Shown: in pieces, positions 40,167-53,640 of the stretch
Position numbering within the stretch: position 1 is the stretch's first letter
Layout of the letters: every line of letters begins with the position of its first letter
From: Camelus dromedarius
Taxonomy: Eukaryota
Direction: 5' to 3'
DNA: 64,000 nt
Assembly: GCF_036321535.1 (NCBI RefSeq)
Contig: NC_087437.1
Span: 7,564,001-7,628,000 of the forward strand
Notes under the pieces: model-generated
Databases searched by the model: none
What the model saw: the letters and a program-made list of their open reading frames with translations, nothing else
Told to the model about the DNA's origin: nothing
Made by a program: the position numbers and the translations under genes

Positions 40167-40324
40167 CCATCCATGCATTCACCCACCCACTCACCCCTCC
40201 ATCCACCCACCCGTCCACCCACCCGCTCACCCACCCGTCCTCCCACCCGTTCACCCAACCCTCCATCCTCCCACCCACCCACCCCTCCGTCCACCCACCC
40301 GCTCACCCCTCCGTCCACCCACCA
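40167..40324. repeat. (CCAC/CCAT/CCGT)n degenerate tetranucleotide repeat
   Basis: Read directly; accounts for the Pro/His-rich ORFs at 40114 and 40154. Confidence 0.95.
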
Positions 40325-40727
40325 CTCAGTTATTCATGTAGAAGGTGTCTAAGGACAGGAGAGATCCCTGACCTCCAGGAAAGTCAAAGGAGGCTTTGTA
40401 GGGGAGGTGGTCTTCTTCCTCTTTTATTTGATGCTGATAATAGTCCCAGAGAGAACTTTGTTTTCCCCATTTGTACTAGACTCCTCTTCTATGAATGGGA
40501 GATGGGAAGAGGGGAATTGAATTTGCCACTTGGAGGAACTCAGGGTTAGCGCAAAAGATCCAGAGACATCAGATCTTCAACATTTTTGGACCCTGGAGGT
40601 GTTTTTCCATACTTCCGTTGTTCAGAAAGCAGAACCACAGGTCTGCCTCGGGCAAAACAATTTTTCACTCAGTCCTTTGAGACTTGCAGTAGTAGGGACA
40701 TGGCTCCTTAAAGAACGGTCTTAAAAA

Positions 40728-40826
40728 AGATAGATGTATGTATATGTAGAACTGAATCATTTTGCTGTCCACCTGAACCTAACACAATACTGTAAATCAA
40801 CTAGACTTCAATAAAAATATAAAAAG
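40728..40826 (+). mobile_element. Very short L1 3' end
   Basis: atgtagaactgaatcattttgctgtccacctgaacctaacacaatactgtaaatcaactagacttcaataaaa. Confidence 0.85.
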
Positions 40827-40950
40827 AAAGGACTTAAAAATATATATTTATTTATGTCTTCATTTCAAAATAAAATGTATGTTTCTTTTACATATATTTA
40901 TACTTCTCCTATTCTGGCAATAGGTTTTTCTTTGGCATTTAAACAATATG

Positions 40951-41165
40951 AGCTAAACAACAAGTTCATACTGTAGCGCACAGGGAACTACACTCAATTG
41001 CTTGTAATGACTTATGCTGAAAAAGAATATGCAAACGAATATATGTATGTATATGTAAGACTGAAGCACTGTGCTGTGCACCAGAAATTGACACAACATG
41101 GTAAACTGACTGTACTTCAATAAAAAATATATACATTAAAATAATAAAAAATAAATAAAAAATAA
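40951..41165 (+). mobile_element. Short L1 3' end with A-rich tail
   Basis: taaacaacaagttcatactgtagcgcacagggaact...ccagaaattgacacaacatggtaaactgactgtacttcaataaaa; similar to the 3' end at 2950-3120. Confidence 0.9.
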
Positions 41166-42129
41166 AGCAATGTGCCTTTTTACTTAAAGAGATTCATTGT
41201 GATTGCCATCACAAGTAAACTGATAATCTCTTTTGTGTCTAGAAGTTCATTTACTAATGAATATAAATCACTAAAAGGTGCATTTTTCATTTAGGAGAAT
41301 CATTTGTATGTCTTGGGCATAATGTCATTGTCCTTCCTGAGGTCAAGGGAGTAGATTTCATCTAGAAAGTAATGCTGAGATATTTAAGAGAAGACTTCCA
41401 CCGTTTTAAAATAGAGGAGGTTCCTGCCAGCAAAGCTAATTTAACCTTCGAGAGTTTGGAAGGTTACTTAACACTTACCCGGCGATTGGCTGACATTGAA
41501 AAACGTTCAGACCAGTCAGGTGGACTGTCTTAAATTATCCAAGAGGTTGAACTTTCCTTTGCAGAAGTGAGCAAAGGACTGTGTCTCCACACCTGCTCTC
41601 AATACAAAGCACAGTCCGTCTACAGAATTTGAAACAGAAACCAGCTTGGCTTAGGGAGATGGATGTTTGATGGTGGTGTGTGACTTGAGAGAAGTGAGGA
41701 CTGGGGTTCACCCCCAGTGCTGAGCAGAGAAGTCACAGACGTGAGCCATGTGTTTGCTAAAGTCCCGGCAGAAAGACTCGTGGGAGAGCCGCAGGCATCT
41801 GATGAGTTACCTGTCGCCTGTGCAACCACCGCCTGTTTCTCGCTGTTACGACAGCCTGGGCTGACGTGGAGGAGGAGGCTTTAGGCTTCATGCTCCAAGA
41901 AGAGAACTCTTTGGGGAAGCACTGGAGGGGCCAAGGTTAGAGATTCGGCTCCAGAGACCTGCACGCCAGACCTCCCTTGGCGAGAAGCTGCCAAGTGATC
42001 CGAGACATTTTACACTCCTCTCTGGTCTTTTCTTGGTTTGCCTGTACAATATGGAGTTTGAACTAGGCAATCTCTGAGATCACTCCCTGTTCTAACAAAA
42101 GTCCCTTTTAGAATTTCCCATCTATTTCT

Positions 42130-42333
42130 TTCTCTCTCTTTTTTTAATTGAAATATAATCAGTTTACAATGCTGTGTTAATTTCTGATGTACAGCATAGT
42201 GATTCAGTTATACATACATATATTTCATATTCTTTTTCATTATAGGACATTACAAGGTATTGAATAAAGTTCCCTGTGCTATACAGTAGGACCATGTTGT
42301 TGATCTGTTTTATATATAGTAGTGTGTATCTGC
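42130..42333 (-). mobile_element. Short L1 3' end
   Basis: Antisense 3'UTR; TSD CCCATCT(A/G)TTTCT at 42117-42129 and 42334-42346. Confidence 0.92.
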
Positions 42334-42834
42334 CCCATCTGTTTCTAAGAAAGCCTCTAACGTTTTAAAGTGGAGAGAGAGGGACAAGGCATGGCCCCAG
42401 GCCTGGGCCCTCAATTACGATTCCTTTCTTCTTCCCCTTGCTTTCTTTTCCCATTATCTTATTTTCCCTAACGTGACATTACCCACATGCATGAAATGAA
42501 ATTATAAGCTTTCAGACCACATACCCAGCTCTGTGATGACTAATGTCCTGATTATTACACAGGCCTTAGTAGAAAGCAAGCAAGAGCCCTGCCACCAGCT
42601 GCGTAAAGCCGTCTTCTCCTGGGTATCCCAACCTCACGTGAGGTGTAAGACGGACAAGAGAGGATTCATTTGACTACTTTACCTTCTTTTGTGGGATCCG
42701 ATGTTTTCCACATTGCTTTCTTCAAGGCTGTCTGTCTTTCTCCTCCTGAGAGTCCGCTGTCCTGGGTTCTGACACGTTGAGGAAAGGTTGCAGCCGGTTA
42801 AGTTTCATGTACCTATCTGTAAAAAAAGTCATTA

Positions 42835-42861
42835 ACACACACACACACACACACACACACA
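42835..42861. repeat. (CA)n microsatellite
   Basis: Read directly. Confidence 0.95.
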
Positions 42862-44105
42862 TCCAAAGAGGAGATATTCATGTTTCCCAGGGAGTCAAAT
42901 GAGAGATGAGAAAAAGGACCCTGGCAAGACGATGGAGGTGGCGTCCTTTGACGGCACCGCCTGGTCACAGTCCTGCTGCTGCTGGACCTGGGAATCATGG
43001 TGACGTTCTGATATTTGTGGTAACAGCTTCCTTTCTCTGGGCTGGCAACCAAATCCGTCTCAAGAAAACGTTTCCCTACCACCCAGTAGTCAAATATTTT
43101 TATTTCCAAAATGCATCATTAATATCACTAGTCTCAGTCTTCATCTAGATTATCTCCATTGTCTAATTTCATTGCTTTCATTGACCACACTTTTTAGTCA
43201 TTTATTCTATATACTTTGCGCCTTGCCTACCATTTGTATCAGTAAGATTCCATGGCTGGAAAAGACAGATTCTCCACTCAAAATGACTTATGTTGGGGGA
43301 GGGGTAAAAATATATGTATACAATGATCAAAAAAAAAAAAAAGCAAGAGCAAATTGCCAGTATAACATTCATAGAACAGCCATTAAGAGGAAGTGCATGA
43401 TTTATTTCCATATGGGTTTTCTAAACACCAAGGGCTTTGATTTAAAGGCAGAGAGCTTACTCTGATAATCAGGGGAGACTCCATGGAGGAGGTGGGGGTC
43501 TAGGGAGCATTGAAAGTCATGAAAAGTTGTGATAAGCAGAGACAGCAGGATAGTGTGACCGAAGGCAGTATTTCTCAAAGGCTCTGTACCCCTGCTGATG
43601 TGCACAATGTACAGATGTAACATTAAGTAAGATTGAACCACATGTGAGAAAGTTTTTTCTTTCCAGTTGTCTTTCAGTACTTTAATTTAGGGGTAGAAAG
43701 GGGCCTCAGCTTGATGCTAATACATCCTTAACCCCTTTCCTTACTTGCTAGTTAACCAGTCCCTCTTCCCCTTCCCTGTTCTTTAACACAGAGACTGTAG
43801 GGGCTGAGGACAACAGTAACTATAATTCAATTAAATGGTTTTCAGATTACATTTATTTTCTAATTCTGTTCTTCTTATGGAAAGTAACGCTGGATTTTCA
43901 TTTAAAATTGTGGTATACAATGTTTTATTCAAATAAATGTATTTAAGGGAAAACTTAGACAAGCTAAGGAAAAGTAGAGGGAAATAATATTACAGGTGTT
44001 ACATAGATAGGGCAGAATTTGTTTGGGTGAAATATGAATGAATTGGGGAGAACATGAATTTCAATATAAGTTACACTTGGGATGGTAAGTAGTTCCATGT
44101 GATAA

Positions 44106-44589
44106 TTTTACTGGAGAGTAGGTTCTTGTCTCATCACAGAAAGAATTCAGAGGTCAAGAAAGTAAAGTGAGGATTTATTAAATGATAGGATGCTCTCAAG
44201 GGGAGAGCAGGCAGACTCAGGTGAGTAGCTGTGCTGAGTTTCTTTGGCAAGTTGGTTGTATGGGGGTGTAAAAAATGAATGGGCAAAATATTGGAGAGGG
44301 AAGAATTTGGTGACATATTTCCTGATTTTCTTCCCAACTCCACCTTCCTGAAGGGAGGAGGTATTTTGGTCCTCTTGATTGGAGGTGTCATGGCATCAGT
44401 GCTTGATGGGTGCTTCTAATCTGCAAGGCTAATTTTACTGTAATGAGTCTATGATGAGGCTGAAGGTCTACTGGAAGTCGAATCTTCTGCCATCTTGGGC
44501 CTAGTTGGTTCTAACCAGTTTATGTCATATCCTCAATGGCTGTGTCATTCTTTTAATGATTGTGTCCTGTCCCCTTCCTTTCTGTCTCA
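44106..44589 (-). mobile_element. Solo LTR, ERV1-class
   Basis: 484 bp ending ...TGTCTCA, 4-bp TSD ATAA at 44102-44105 and 44590-44593, minus-strand AATAAA at 44174-44179. Confidence 0.75.
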
Positions 44590-45829
44590 ATAACAAGGAC
44601 AGTCATAGTGGGAAGTAGCCAGAATAAGATTAGAAAGAGAGGTTGTGAGCAGGTCAGGATCCTGTTGTGTCTTCTTGGAATTCCATCACCATTTTCATTA
44701 CCCAGTTGTTAATGATTATGGTTTATTGATTCCTTCTCAGATGCCAAGTACTGTATTATCTTACGTTATAATGATCACATTGACCCTAAGAGGAAGTTAC
44801 TTAGCTTGAGTTTAGGAGTGAAGAATCTTACCAAAGGCACACAGCTGATAGTTAATAGAGTTGGGTTTGGAACCCAGACCTACTGGATTCCAAAGCTCCT
44901 ATTTTCATTGTGCCTGGAAACCCTGTTCATCTCCCAGCCCCGACGTGAACACTAGCTTTTTCTGGCTAAGCCAACCCTTCCAACACTTGGCCGATTTCCT
45001 CTTTGGACTTCCTGCAGCCATCACTATGCATTTCCGGGTGGTAATTTTTTTCTCCCCTTCACTTCATTGAAGTGTTTCTTTGCCCAACTACCAGCCAGAT
45101 TGAAAGGGCCCAGAAGTCGTGTCCACATGTTCCACGGCATCCAGCACTGTACTTTTTTCATCATCAAGGCTCATATTGTTTGAATTGAGCTAAATTTTCT
45201 TGCTCTGCCATGGCTTATCACAGAAATACAGCTGCATGCCCTCTGAGTGGAAGTAGGAACAGGAGCTCCTGCAAAGACAACTCAAGAACTACGTGGAAAG
45301 GCTTTGCTTTGTCAGATTCCAAGAATCTAATTAATTAATTTTGAGCAAATCAGCAACTCTTTGGATTTGTTCAATTATTCTGAATTTTTTTTTATATAGC
45401 TGGGTTTTGTAACATCTGAGTTAAATAGCACAAAAAAAGGGTGCCTAGTAATTATAGACTTTTAGATCTCAGGAGAGAATTTTAAAGAATATCTTATACT
45501 CCTTTATTTTGTCTGTGAGGAAGCTGAAGCCTAAGAGGGTTTCATGAGTTGCTTCAGGCCACAGAGCACGTTAAGGTGGGCCTTTGACTGAAGATCTTTG
45601 GATTCCTGGTCAATGACCTTCTATGTTGATGCCTTTGAGCTTGCAGGTGATGTACCCCTTCTTCCCATTCAGTATAGGAATCCCTGCAGCATCTCTGACT
45701 GCTCTAACTGGGGCTCCTTGTGAGCATGGAATAGGAACTCATTATCTTGGAAGCAATCAATTCCATTTTAAATTAAAGAACATCTTTCCTTCTGTTGAAT
45801 GCAATGGAACCTTGCAGTCGTGTCTGTTG

Positions 45830-46858
45830 CTCTAAACAGCAGAGCTTTCTAGGGCTCCATTTCAACCTGTCCTCTTTTCCATCCACATGCACTCCTTCCA
45901 TGATCCTATCAGTTTCAAGGTTTTAAATCTATAAACTGGGGACTTTCACACTTGTATCTCTAGGCCACCCTTCTCTGAACTCCAGACTCATGTACAACTG
46001 CTTACAGGACTTCTTTTGGATGTCTCGTAGGCATCTCAGATTTAATACCCAAAACCAAAATCTTGATTGTACCTTCCCACCAAAAAACTTCCTCCATCTG
46101 CTCATCTTCATGTCATGTTATGACACTTTATTTTTTTCAGTTGCTTTGGCCAGTAACCTGAAGTCATCCTGATGTTTTGTATTCTCTTTCATTGTGTATC
46201 TCAACCATCAGCTACCCTATTGGCTCTATTTTAAAATTACTTCCAGAATACAGCAAATTCTTACCAACTCCACTGTTCCCATGGTAGTTCAGGCTGTCAT
46301 TCTTCTTGCACAGATGATGACCCCCATCCCCTCCTTGTTCCTCAATAGTCTGTTCTCCCCACAGTGGCTGGAACATATATCAAAACCCTCACTGTGGTCT
46401 GCAAGCTACTCACCATGATCTGAAAGCCCCTGCTTTCTTTCTGACTTTCTCTCTTACTCCTTTCCCTCCACTCAGTCTTTTCTAGGCACCCTGATTCCCA
46501 ACTGTCCCTCCAGCACACCCTGGGAACTCTCACCTCCAGCCGCATGACTTGGGGTTCCCTCTGATTAAAACACTTTTCTCTCTGACATGCCCACACTCAC
46601 TCACATCTATCCTCCTCTTATTAGGGAAGCCTTTGCTGATCCCTGCCTCTCCCATTAATTATCCTCATACTCTGATTAACTTGTATTCATAACATTTATC
46701 ACCACCTGACAAACTGTACATTTATGTGTTTGTTTTTTCATCCTTTGCATGTCCCACAAATGTGTATTTTATTTTTGTTGTTCCCTGACGTTTCCTCAGC
46801 ACCTAGGACAGCGCCTGCAAAATAATCAGTGCAATCGATAGGTATTTACTAATGAATT
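45830..46858 (+). mobile_element. L2 LINE 3' portion (~1 kb)
   Basis: ctgaactccagactca...ggatgtctcgtaggcatctcagatttaa...cagcacctaggacagcgcctgca...aatgaat. Confidence 0.85.
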
Positions 46859-46999
46859 TCTCTTTTAACTTTGCCATTTAGCCAGGTCTTGTACTGTGCT
46901 GTTTCTGGCACCCCTGTGCAGGAACTTGCCTTTATTTGCCAAGTTGGCAAAATCTTTTTGAATTTGGGTTCTTGCCATCCTGCGTGAATCAATGATGAT

Positions 47000-47470
47000 T
47001 ACTAATATTAGCCACAGTTCCTAATTACTGAACTCTTCTATGGCCATTGCCCTGCCAAGTGTTTTACAATATTATTTCCCTTGATCCTTACAATGACTCT
47101 ATGGGAAATGCTACGATTGTCCTCCTTTTGCAAATGAGGAAACTGAAGACTCCAGAAGTTAAGCAACTTGTGCATACTGTCAGGGCGTGGTGGAGCAGAG
47201 CCACATGTGGAAGCCACGTGATTCTGATTGCAATACAGTAGCGCTTCAAGAGCCTGGCCTCCGGAAGCAGAGAGACCTGGGTTAGCATCACTGGCACAGC
47301 TGTGTGATGCTGATCAAGTCAGCTTCCTCTCTTGACCTTGCCTAGCCCCTCAACGAGGACGACAATAACAGCAACCTCGTAGGGGTGTTCTGATGATAGG
47401 GGACTTGGGTCCCATGCTTAGTGCCATCCTAGCACAGAGTGCAAGCTCAAGAGCTGTTGTCATCATGGTG
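47000..47470. mobile_element. Two adjacent MIR remnants in opposite orientation
   Basis: 47000-47230 antisense (caaatgaggaaactgaagactccagaagttaagcaacttg); 47235-47470 sense (agacctgggtt...cagctgtgtgatgctgatcaagtc...acctcgtaggggtgtt). Confidence 0.65.
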
Positions 47471-48208
47471 ACATAATGAACATCACTAAAAAAAATTTAA
47501 CTAATAATTATTTTGCTACTCTTGGGCAATGCTTGCCCTCTTACTATTCTTTTGTCTCACATCTGTCTGTATTCGTGCTCACTTCAGTCTGTGTATCTGC
47601 AAATTCGATCATGTCTTCGTAAGATAAACCTCTGATTAAACATGCTGAGGGATGTAGAGGTCAGGATAAACCTTTACACAGCCAGAGATTCCCTCTGGAA
47701 ACTGTTTACTGTCTTTACCTGGGGAATCGTACTGGGACTAAATGACCTGTTAGGAGACCTAAGAAGAGACTCACATCTACGGCTCTGGGCAGACTGGTCT
47801 CTGGTGAGCCCTCTTCTCAGTGGTGCTGGGGGTAACTTGGGCGCTTGGCACTTCTCAGAGGAAGTGGAGAGGAGCAACCCGCCATTTCCATGGGAGCTTT
47901 CCATGCCTTGTCATCACACAGTAATGATGACAGTACCAATAGCCACTGGTACTGTTTTTCAAGTGCTTACTGTATACCAGGCACTGTGCTAGACACTGGA
48001 GGGGATCTCCTTTTATCTGCACAACTATATACTATATCCCTGTAGTATACCTAGAGGTGTACTTTACCCTTATTTTCTAGAGGAGAACACTGTGGAGAGT
48101 GGGTATTGGTGCCCCATCCAGACCCCCTTCGTTTGACTGGGTCAGTTATCAAGTTGTTACTTCTTGGCTTAGAATGCAGTTTCCTCTGTGCTCTGTGCTA
48201 ACGGACTT

Positions 48209-48222
48209 CCAGTAGAGGGCGC
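48209..48222 (+). promoter_or_regulatory. CTCF core motif (predicted)
   Basis: CCAGTAGAGGGCGC matches the consensus CCASYAGRKGGCRS at all 14 positions. Binding is not demonstrated. Confidence 0.55.
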
Positions 48223-48734
48223 TTGGGGGGCTCTGCGGGAGGAAGACGCTCTCCTGCCCATGCAGGGCGGTCCTGGTGGAGGGCAGTGTGAATGCCAGGA
48301 CCGCAGTGGAAGCCAGCCCACCCCTGCTTCCAGCCTCAAACACAGTGGTTGTACAAACCTGCAGCGTTAGCCTCGTAACCTTCCCACGGCCTTCTTGACC
48401 CCAAAACCAGAGCCCCATAAGTGGCTTGCGCCCTCCTCCCTTCCTCCTGCCAGCACCCAGATTTCCAGCACACACACCCAGGGGCCCCTTGCTGATTTTC
48501 CCCTACTTGCACCCGCACCCCCGAGAGGGTGCAGTCCTCTCGCCTGCCCTGCAGCCCAGATCATGTCCAGAGTGGCCAAACCAGTGTCCTCCTCTGCTCT
48601 CTCGTGACCCCAACGACGCTGTCTCCAAGTTTGTCTTCTTTGGATTCTTGGTACAGCCCCAGGGTGCTCTACAGTGACTTTTATCACAGTTAGTTGTTAC
48701 TTATATTCAAGTCTTCCTGTTTCATTTGCTGTGT

Positions 48735-49157
48735 GATTTCTGTATCCAGGTTTGGCGCGGACCGCTAGAGGCCCATCCCATGGCTGCTAAACTCACAGCT
48801 GCCCCTTCCTCAGATATTTGCCCTCACGGGGTGGGAACCACCTCGCCTCCTGGTTAGCACCATCCCAGATCCTCCCCCTCCACTTGCAGGCCAGAGCAGG
48901 TGACGAACCGGCATAAGCCAGCTCCCGTGACCTCAGGTAGGGACAGATCTGTGGTTCTGTTCACCCTCCCATGCTCCCTGGTGGATCAGGCTGAGGTGGA
49001 ACTTCACCCAAAACCAGGTCCTTTCTCAGCTCTTGCTCCCATTTTCAAGCCTCCTCATCACGTTTTCTTATAGGCTTTCCATGAGAGTCCACCCTCTGTA
49101 GACTAAGTCCTAATCCTTGTCTCAGGCTCTGCATTTAGGGAACCTGTACCCAGGCCA
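48735..49157 (+). mobile_element. ERVL solo LTR (LTR16-like)
   Basis: gctgccccttcctcag...cctcaggtagggacagatctgtgg...ggatcaggctgagg...aatccttgtctcaggctctgcatttagggaacc. Confidence 0.75.
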
Positions 49158-50894
49158 CGTTGCTAGAAGGTATTGAAGCTGGTGGTTGCCTCAGGTCTGT
49201 CTGACTCCAAATCCCGTGCTCTTTGCCACCACTGTCTCATGGCGAAGGGCCTCTCCCACCCCCAGCATGTTCTCTCTAACCTAATATGCCTTCAAGGCTG
49301 AGCACCTTGGTCTTGAGGATGGTCTGACGTTGGTCCAGGGTGAAGTTTGTGGTTACTGGTTCAACAATATCCAAGGCCTGTGCCCCAGTGTTACCGGAGG
49401 CCCACAGACCCATTACCTGCTCCGTGGAGGCACCCACACTTTGCTGTTACTGCCTTGGCTCATATTGCTTCCTCCTCTCTCCTCCACACAGAGCGAGGAC
49501 CAGCATCCCGCCTGGAGCACCAGCATTCCGCTTGGAGCTCTCCCGTCCTAGGTCCTGCAGCGAGTCTGCTTGTTTAGCTAAATCATGCTGCTCTTCTCCA
49601 GGCATGTTTATTTGGGGTAGACTAGTTCTCCATGCCCTGGGAATTGGGCTCTGACATTCACGAAGATTCCAGAACTAAGGTGACAACTTGACACTTGTGT
49701 GCCCTTTATTCTTGGGGGCCAGAGCAGCAGGTTTATTTTTACCTCCTTCCACCACACACCGACATGAACTGGGATGGTGGGATGCGGTGGTTGGAAGGCC
49801 ACAGGGACCCAGGAGAACTAGGAGGACCCAGATTTACGGGTGCAGTTGTGCGGGTAAACCTTGAAAGATAATTGGGCCAATACTGCACGAGAGCCACTTG
49901 TTTGAGCTCATTCAGTTTTCAGGTGCCCTAACACAGAGTGAAAGGGTCAGCAGGCATGTCAACGAGTCTTGGATTTAACTGTCCCTTTCATGTCATCCCA
50001 ACATGTAATTCGGTTCCGTGGTTTGCTCTTTGACCATCTCATGCTGACCCCACTGGGAGCTTCTCAGTGCAGTCAGTGCTGCCTGGTTGACTCTAAGCCC
50101 ATTTGGTAGCAATTACTTGACAAGTTTCACCACTTCTCTCCCTTGCTCAAAAAACCAACCATGAAATAAGGGACTGGTGGTCTCACTGATAAGCCCTCCT
50201 TTCTAAAGAGAGGCCATCTACCCCACTTCAGAAGATGGTTCCACTCATTTCGGCATTGCCACCTGTGTGGCTGGATGAAGTGCCACTGCAGCAAATTCAC
50301 TCCCATCTTTCCTGTTCCACCGTTCAATGAAATTATTAGCCATCCCTACAGAGTGTCAGCAGTTGCAAATAGTAATGTGCTTCTGACGGCAGCTGAATCC
50401 AACCGGGAACTGAGAAATTAATAGGAATTTAGGATAATGGGCACGCTTGTGATGAACCGTGTATGGGCTCAGAAACCTAGGGCCTCTGGTAATTGGAGTG
50501 AGCAGGTTTGCTAATAAAATGTGTCTGTCTTGAGTGGACCTGCTGGATCCACCTGTCATTCACGAACAACTTGAATTATCACTTTCCCATTGAAGTTTGC
50601 CCTTTCCTTTCGCTTGCTGGCTCTTGGGGTCCATTTTCTCCACTGAAAGCTGGAAAGGGAAGGGAGAAAAAAAAGAAAGAGATCCTGGGGCTCGCCGAGG
50701 CAGGCTGGCCCCCGTCTGCATCGGGCAGGAAGCTTCTTTATTTTATGCAGGTAACTTTGGAGGAAATTCAAGCACTGCCACGTTTGCCTGAAAGGGCAGA
50801 TGTTCGTAATAGGAATTCCCAGCTGTGTTCAGTATTTACCAGCCGTTCTTGATAGACTTGCAGGTCCATGATCCCCACCCCTCTGACCACAGTG

Positions 50895-51123
50895 TTTTGT
50901 TTTCTTTCAATTGAAATATAGTCAGTTTACAATGTTGTATCAACTTCTGATGCACAGCATCATGTTTCAGTCATACATATACATACATAGATTCCTTTTC
51001 ATATTCTTTTTCATTCTAGGTTACTACAAGATATTGAATTTAGTTCCCTGTGCTCCACAGAAGAACCTTGTTTATCTAGTTTGTATATGGTAGTTAGTGA
51101 CTGCTAATCTCAAACTCCCAGTT
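50895..51123 (-). mobile_element. Short L1 3' end
   Basis: Antisense 3'UTR; perfect 11-bp TSD TGACCACAGTG at 50884-50894 and 51124-51134. Confidence 0.93.
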
Positions 51124-51517
51124 TGACCACAGTGGGTTTTAACTTCAGGAAAGTGAGCCATTATCACTGGGCAGCCTCAAAATTTGGACAGTCATCCTAA
51201 GTCCCCGCACCAGTGAAGCGCGTTAGTTTGCCTGCCACCTTCCTGTACGTGCCCGGAGCCCCCGTGGTGTAACCTCTTTTCCCCGGGGGAACAGAGAGAC
51301 TTGTCCCCAGAGGCAGTACGAAGCGCCGCCCACCCACGGATACATCAGGACCCCCTTTTGTGTTCTCCACCGTTTCCCCGGCAGTCAGAGTGCTGTTCTC
51401 AAGGAAACCACTATCAGCAGGATTGATTTTTCCACTTGGCCCCTGGCATGGCAGCAGCGGGCTGCAGGCCAGGTGCAGAGCCCAGGAGCCCGGGGAGGGG
51501 AGGAGGAGCCGGTGTGG

Positions 51518-51720
51518 GAGGGCAGCGTGAGCCGGCTGAGAGCAGGGCTTTGGGGCGAGTCAGGCAGCCTGGGGGAGAGCTCGCGCTCTGAGTTTTCCAC
51601 CCTGCCTGTGTAACCGTGTGAGGGTGGAGAACACACCTGACATCTCCGGGCTCGTGTCTTCATGTTTCTATGGAAAGTGCCAACCTCCTGAGGTTACTGT
51701 GAGGACTCAAGGAGAGATTC
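51518..51720 (+). mobile_element. MIR remnant, GC-shifted
   Basis: gggcagcgtg...agagcagggctttgg...agtcaggcagcctggg...acctcctgaggttactgtgaggactcaaggagag follows MIR order. Confidence 0.6.
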
Positions 51721-51871
51721 ACGCGGGCCTAGCTCCATCCCCCGTTTCACTTGTGTGGACTTAACCTTCACTGCTGATTCGCATTGAGGGGAAGCACCTG
51801 CTTTTGTTGAAGAGCGTTCACTTTGAGTTTACTTAGCTAACATGGCTTAAGAAATGTGTCACCTTCCACTT

Positions 51872-52275
51872 CTTTTTTTTTAACTGAAGTATAGTCAGTT
51901 TACAGTGTTGCGTCAACTTCTGGTGCACAGCATCGTGTTTCAGTCATCCATATACAGACATATTCCTTTTCATATTTTCATTATAGGTTACTACAAGATA
52001 TTGAATATGATTCTCTGTGCTACACAGAAGAAACTTGTTGTTTACTATTTTATATTATAGTAGTGTGTATCTGCAAATCTCAAACTCCCAGCTTATCCCT
52101 CCCCACCCCTTTACCCTCTGGTAGCCATAGTTTGTTTTCTATGTCTGTGAGTCTGCCTCTGTTTTGTAGATAAGTTCATTTGTGCCTTTTTTTTTTTTAA
52201 GATTCCACATATAAGTGATATCGTATGGTATTTTCCTTTCTCTTTCTGGCTTACTTCACTTAGAATGACAATCAC
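51872..52275 (-). mobile_element. L1 3' end (~400 bp)
   Basis: T-run, actgaagtatagtcagtttaca...agattccacatataagtgatatc...ggcttacttcacttagaatgacaatc. Confidence 0.92.
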
Positions 52276-52499
52276 TGTCCATTTCTACAGTTCAAAAAAT
52301 CCATCCAGTCCAAACCTTGGAAGTCAGTGAGGGTTCTCTGAGCAGGTGACATGCAGGTACCCCTGGGGGCAGTTGTGATGAACACACACATTGCTTTCTG
52401 GAGGCAAATAGTTTTAGTGCTTGAAAAGTTCGTCTTTAACAGATGAAGTCTTTTCTGTTCTAGCCCTTTTAATTTTTTTTAATCTGTTTATCTTTTCCT

Positions 52500-52770
52500 G
52501 GGAAAAGTACATACTTGTTTATGTATTGAATTCTTCTGTGATTTGTAGTGAATGCCAGGCATGTTTGAGGCTCCTTACAAGTGTTACCTCGGTTAATCCT
52601 TATTACAAGACTCTGAAGTTGGTTCTGTTATCATCCCCATTTGATAGATACATGCATCTAAGACCAAGGCCATTGAGCACATTGTTTAAGATCCCTGGGT
52701 AGCCGGCTGCCCAGCTGGGATTCTAGTCCAGGCAGACGGGCCTCGGAGCCAGTGCTTGCAGGTATCAGGC
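52500..52770 (-). mobile_element. MIR remnant
   Basis: gttaatccttattacaag...atcatccccatttgatagat...cagctgggattctagtccaggcag. Confidence 0.65.
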
Positions 52771-53640
52771 GAGGACAGTCTGGCCTGTCCATGTTGAGGG
52801 GGCTTTGGAACGACAGGAGCTGGGAGTGTTTCAGTTTTTCTGTGCGTCTGTCAGGATGGGATTTCTGGGTTGATGTTCCGTCACCTCATTTAGGACTGTA
52901 ATATTAACCAGGAATTTCTCCTTTGCATGTAGCCCTACAGATAGGGAGTTAGAGTAGCAGGGCAGGCCGCAAAGTGGGGTTCAGGACTCCCTCTTAAGAA
53001 TCTGTGCTTGGATTAGGAGCCACTGGAGTTGAGTGAATTAAGCTATTTTCTGAATGAATCTAAACCAGATTTGGAGACTTTTGCATCTCTGAATCACCTT
53101 CCAAATCCCTGCTCAGCCTCAATAGGAAGAAACCTCTACACTGAAACCAGGATTTTACCATTATCTTCCTCCCCCTTTTTTTTTCCTTCTGAAAAATAAA
53201 TTCTGTATTTTCAGAAACTTTGAAATGCCACTTGCCATAAGGAAGCCCGCGGACTTAAAAGATTGTTTTTGCGCTTCCCTGGCTCATGTTGATGGACTTG
53301 TTCGACCTCCCTCTTCAATGATTGTCCCTGATCCACCGACAGCCAGCTGCTTGTACGATACCCGCTGACCGTGTTTTTGTCTGAAAAATACCATGAGTTT
53401 CCCTGCTGCAGGTTCTCCTGGTTTTCCTTCTACGTCCGTGGTGGCTCCTTCTCAGCTGCTTGGCTGTGTTATCCTCTTTTCTGAGACTTTATAAAATTGC
53501 TGTGCTCCAGAACTCAGCCCTTGAGCAGGTCACTTCACTCCCCTGCTCGAAATGCTGTCAAGACTGCTCCTCCCCAGTTCCTGCATTGCAACCCTTTATA
53601 ATCTGCCCCTTTACTCACTCTCTCTGGCCTAACTGCCTAG

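Noticed and set aside
40114..40549. Pro/His-rich ORFs
   Set aside because: Translation of the (CCAC)n microsatellite.
41479..41619. 141-nt minus-strand exon candidate (ttctgtag|...CGG|gtaagt)
   Set aside because: Stops in all three frames; could only be non-coding and there is no other support.
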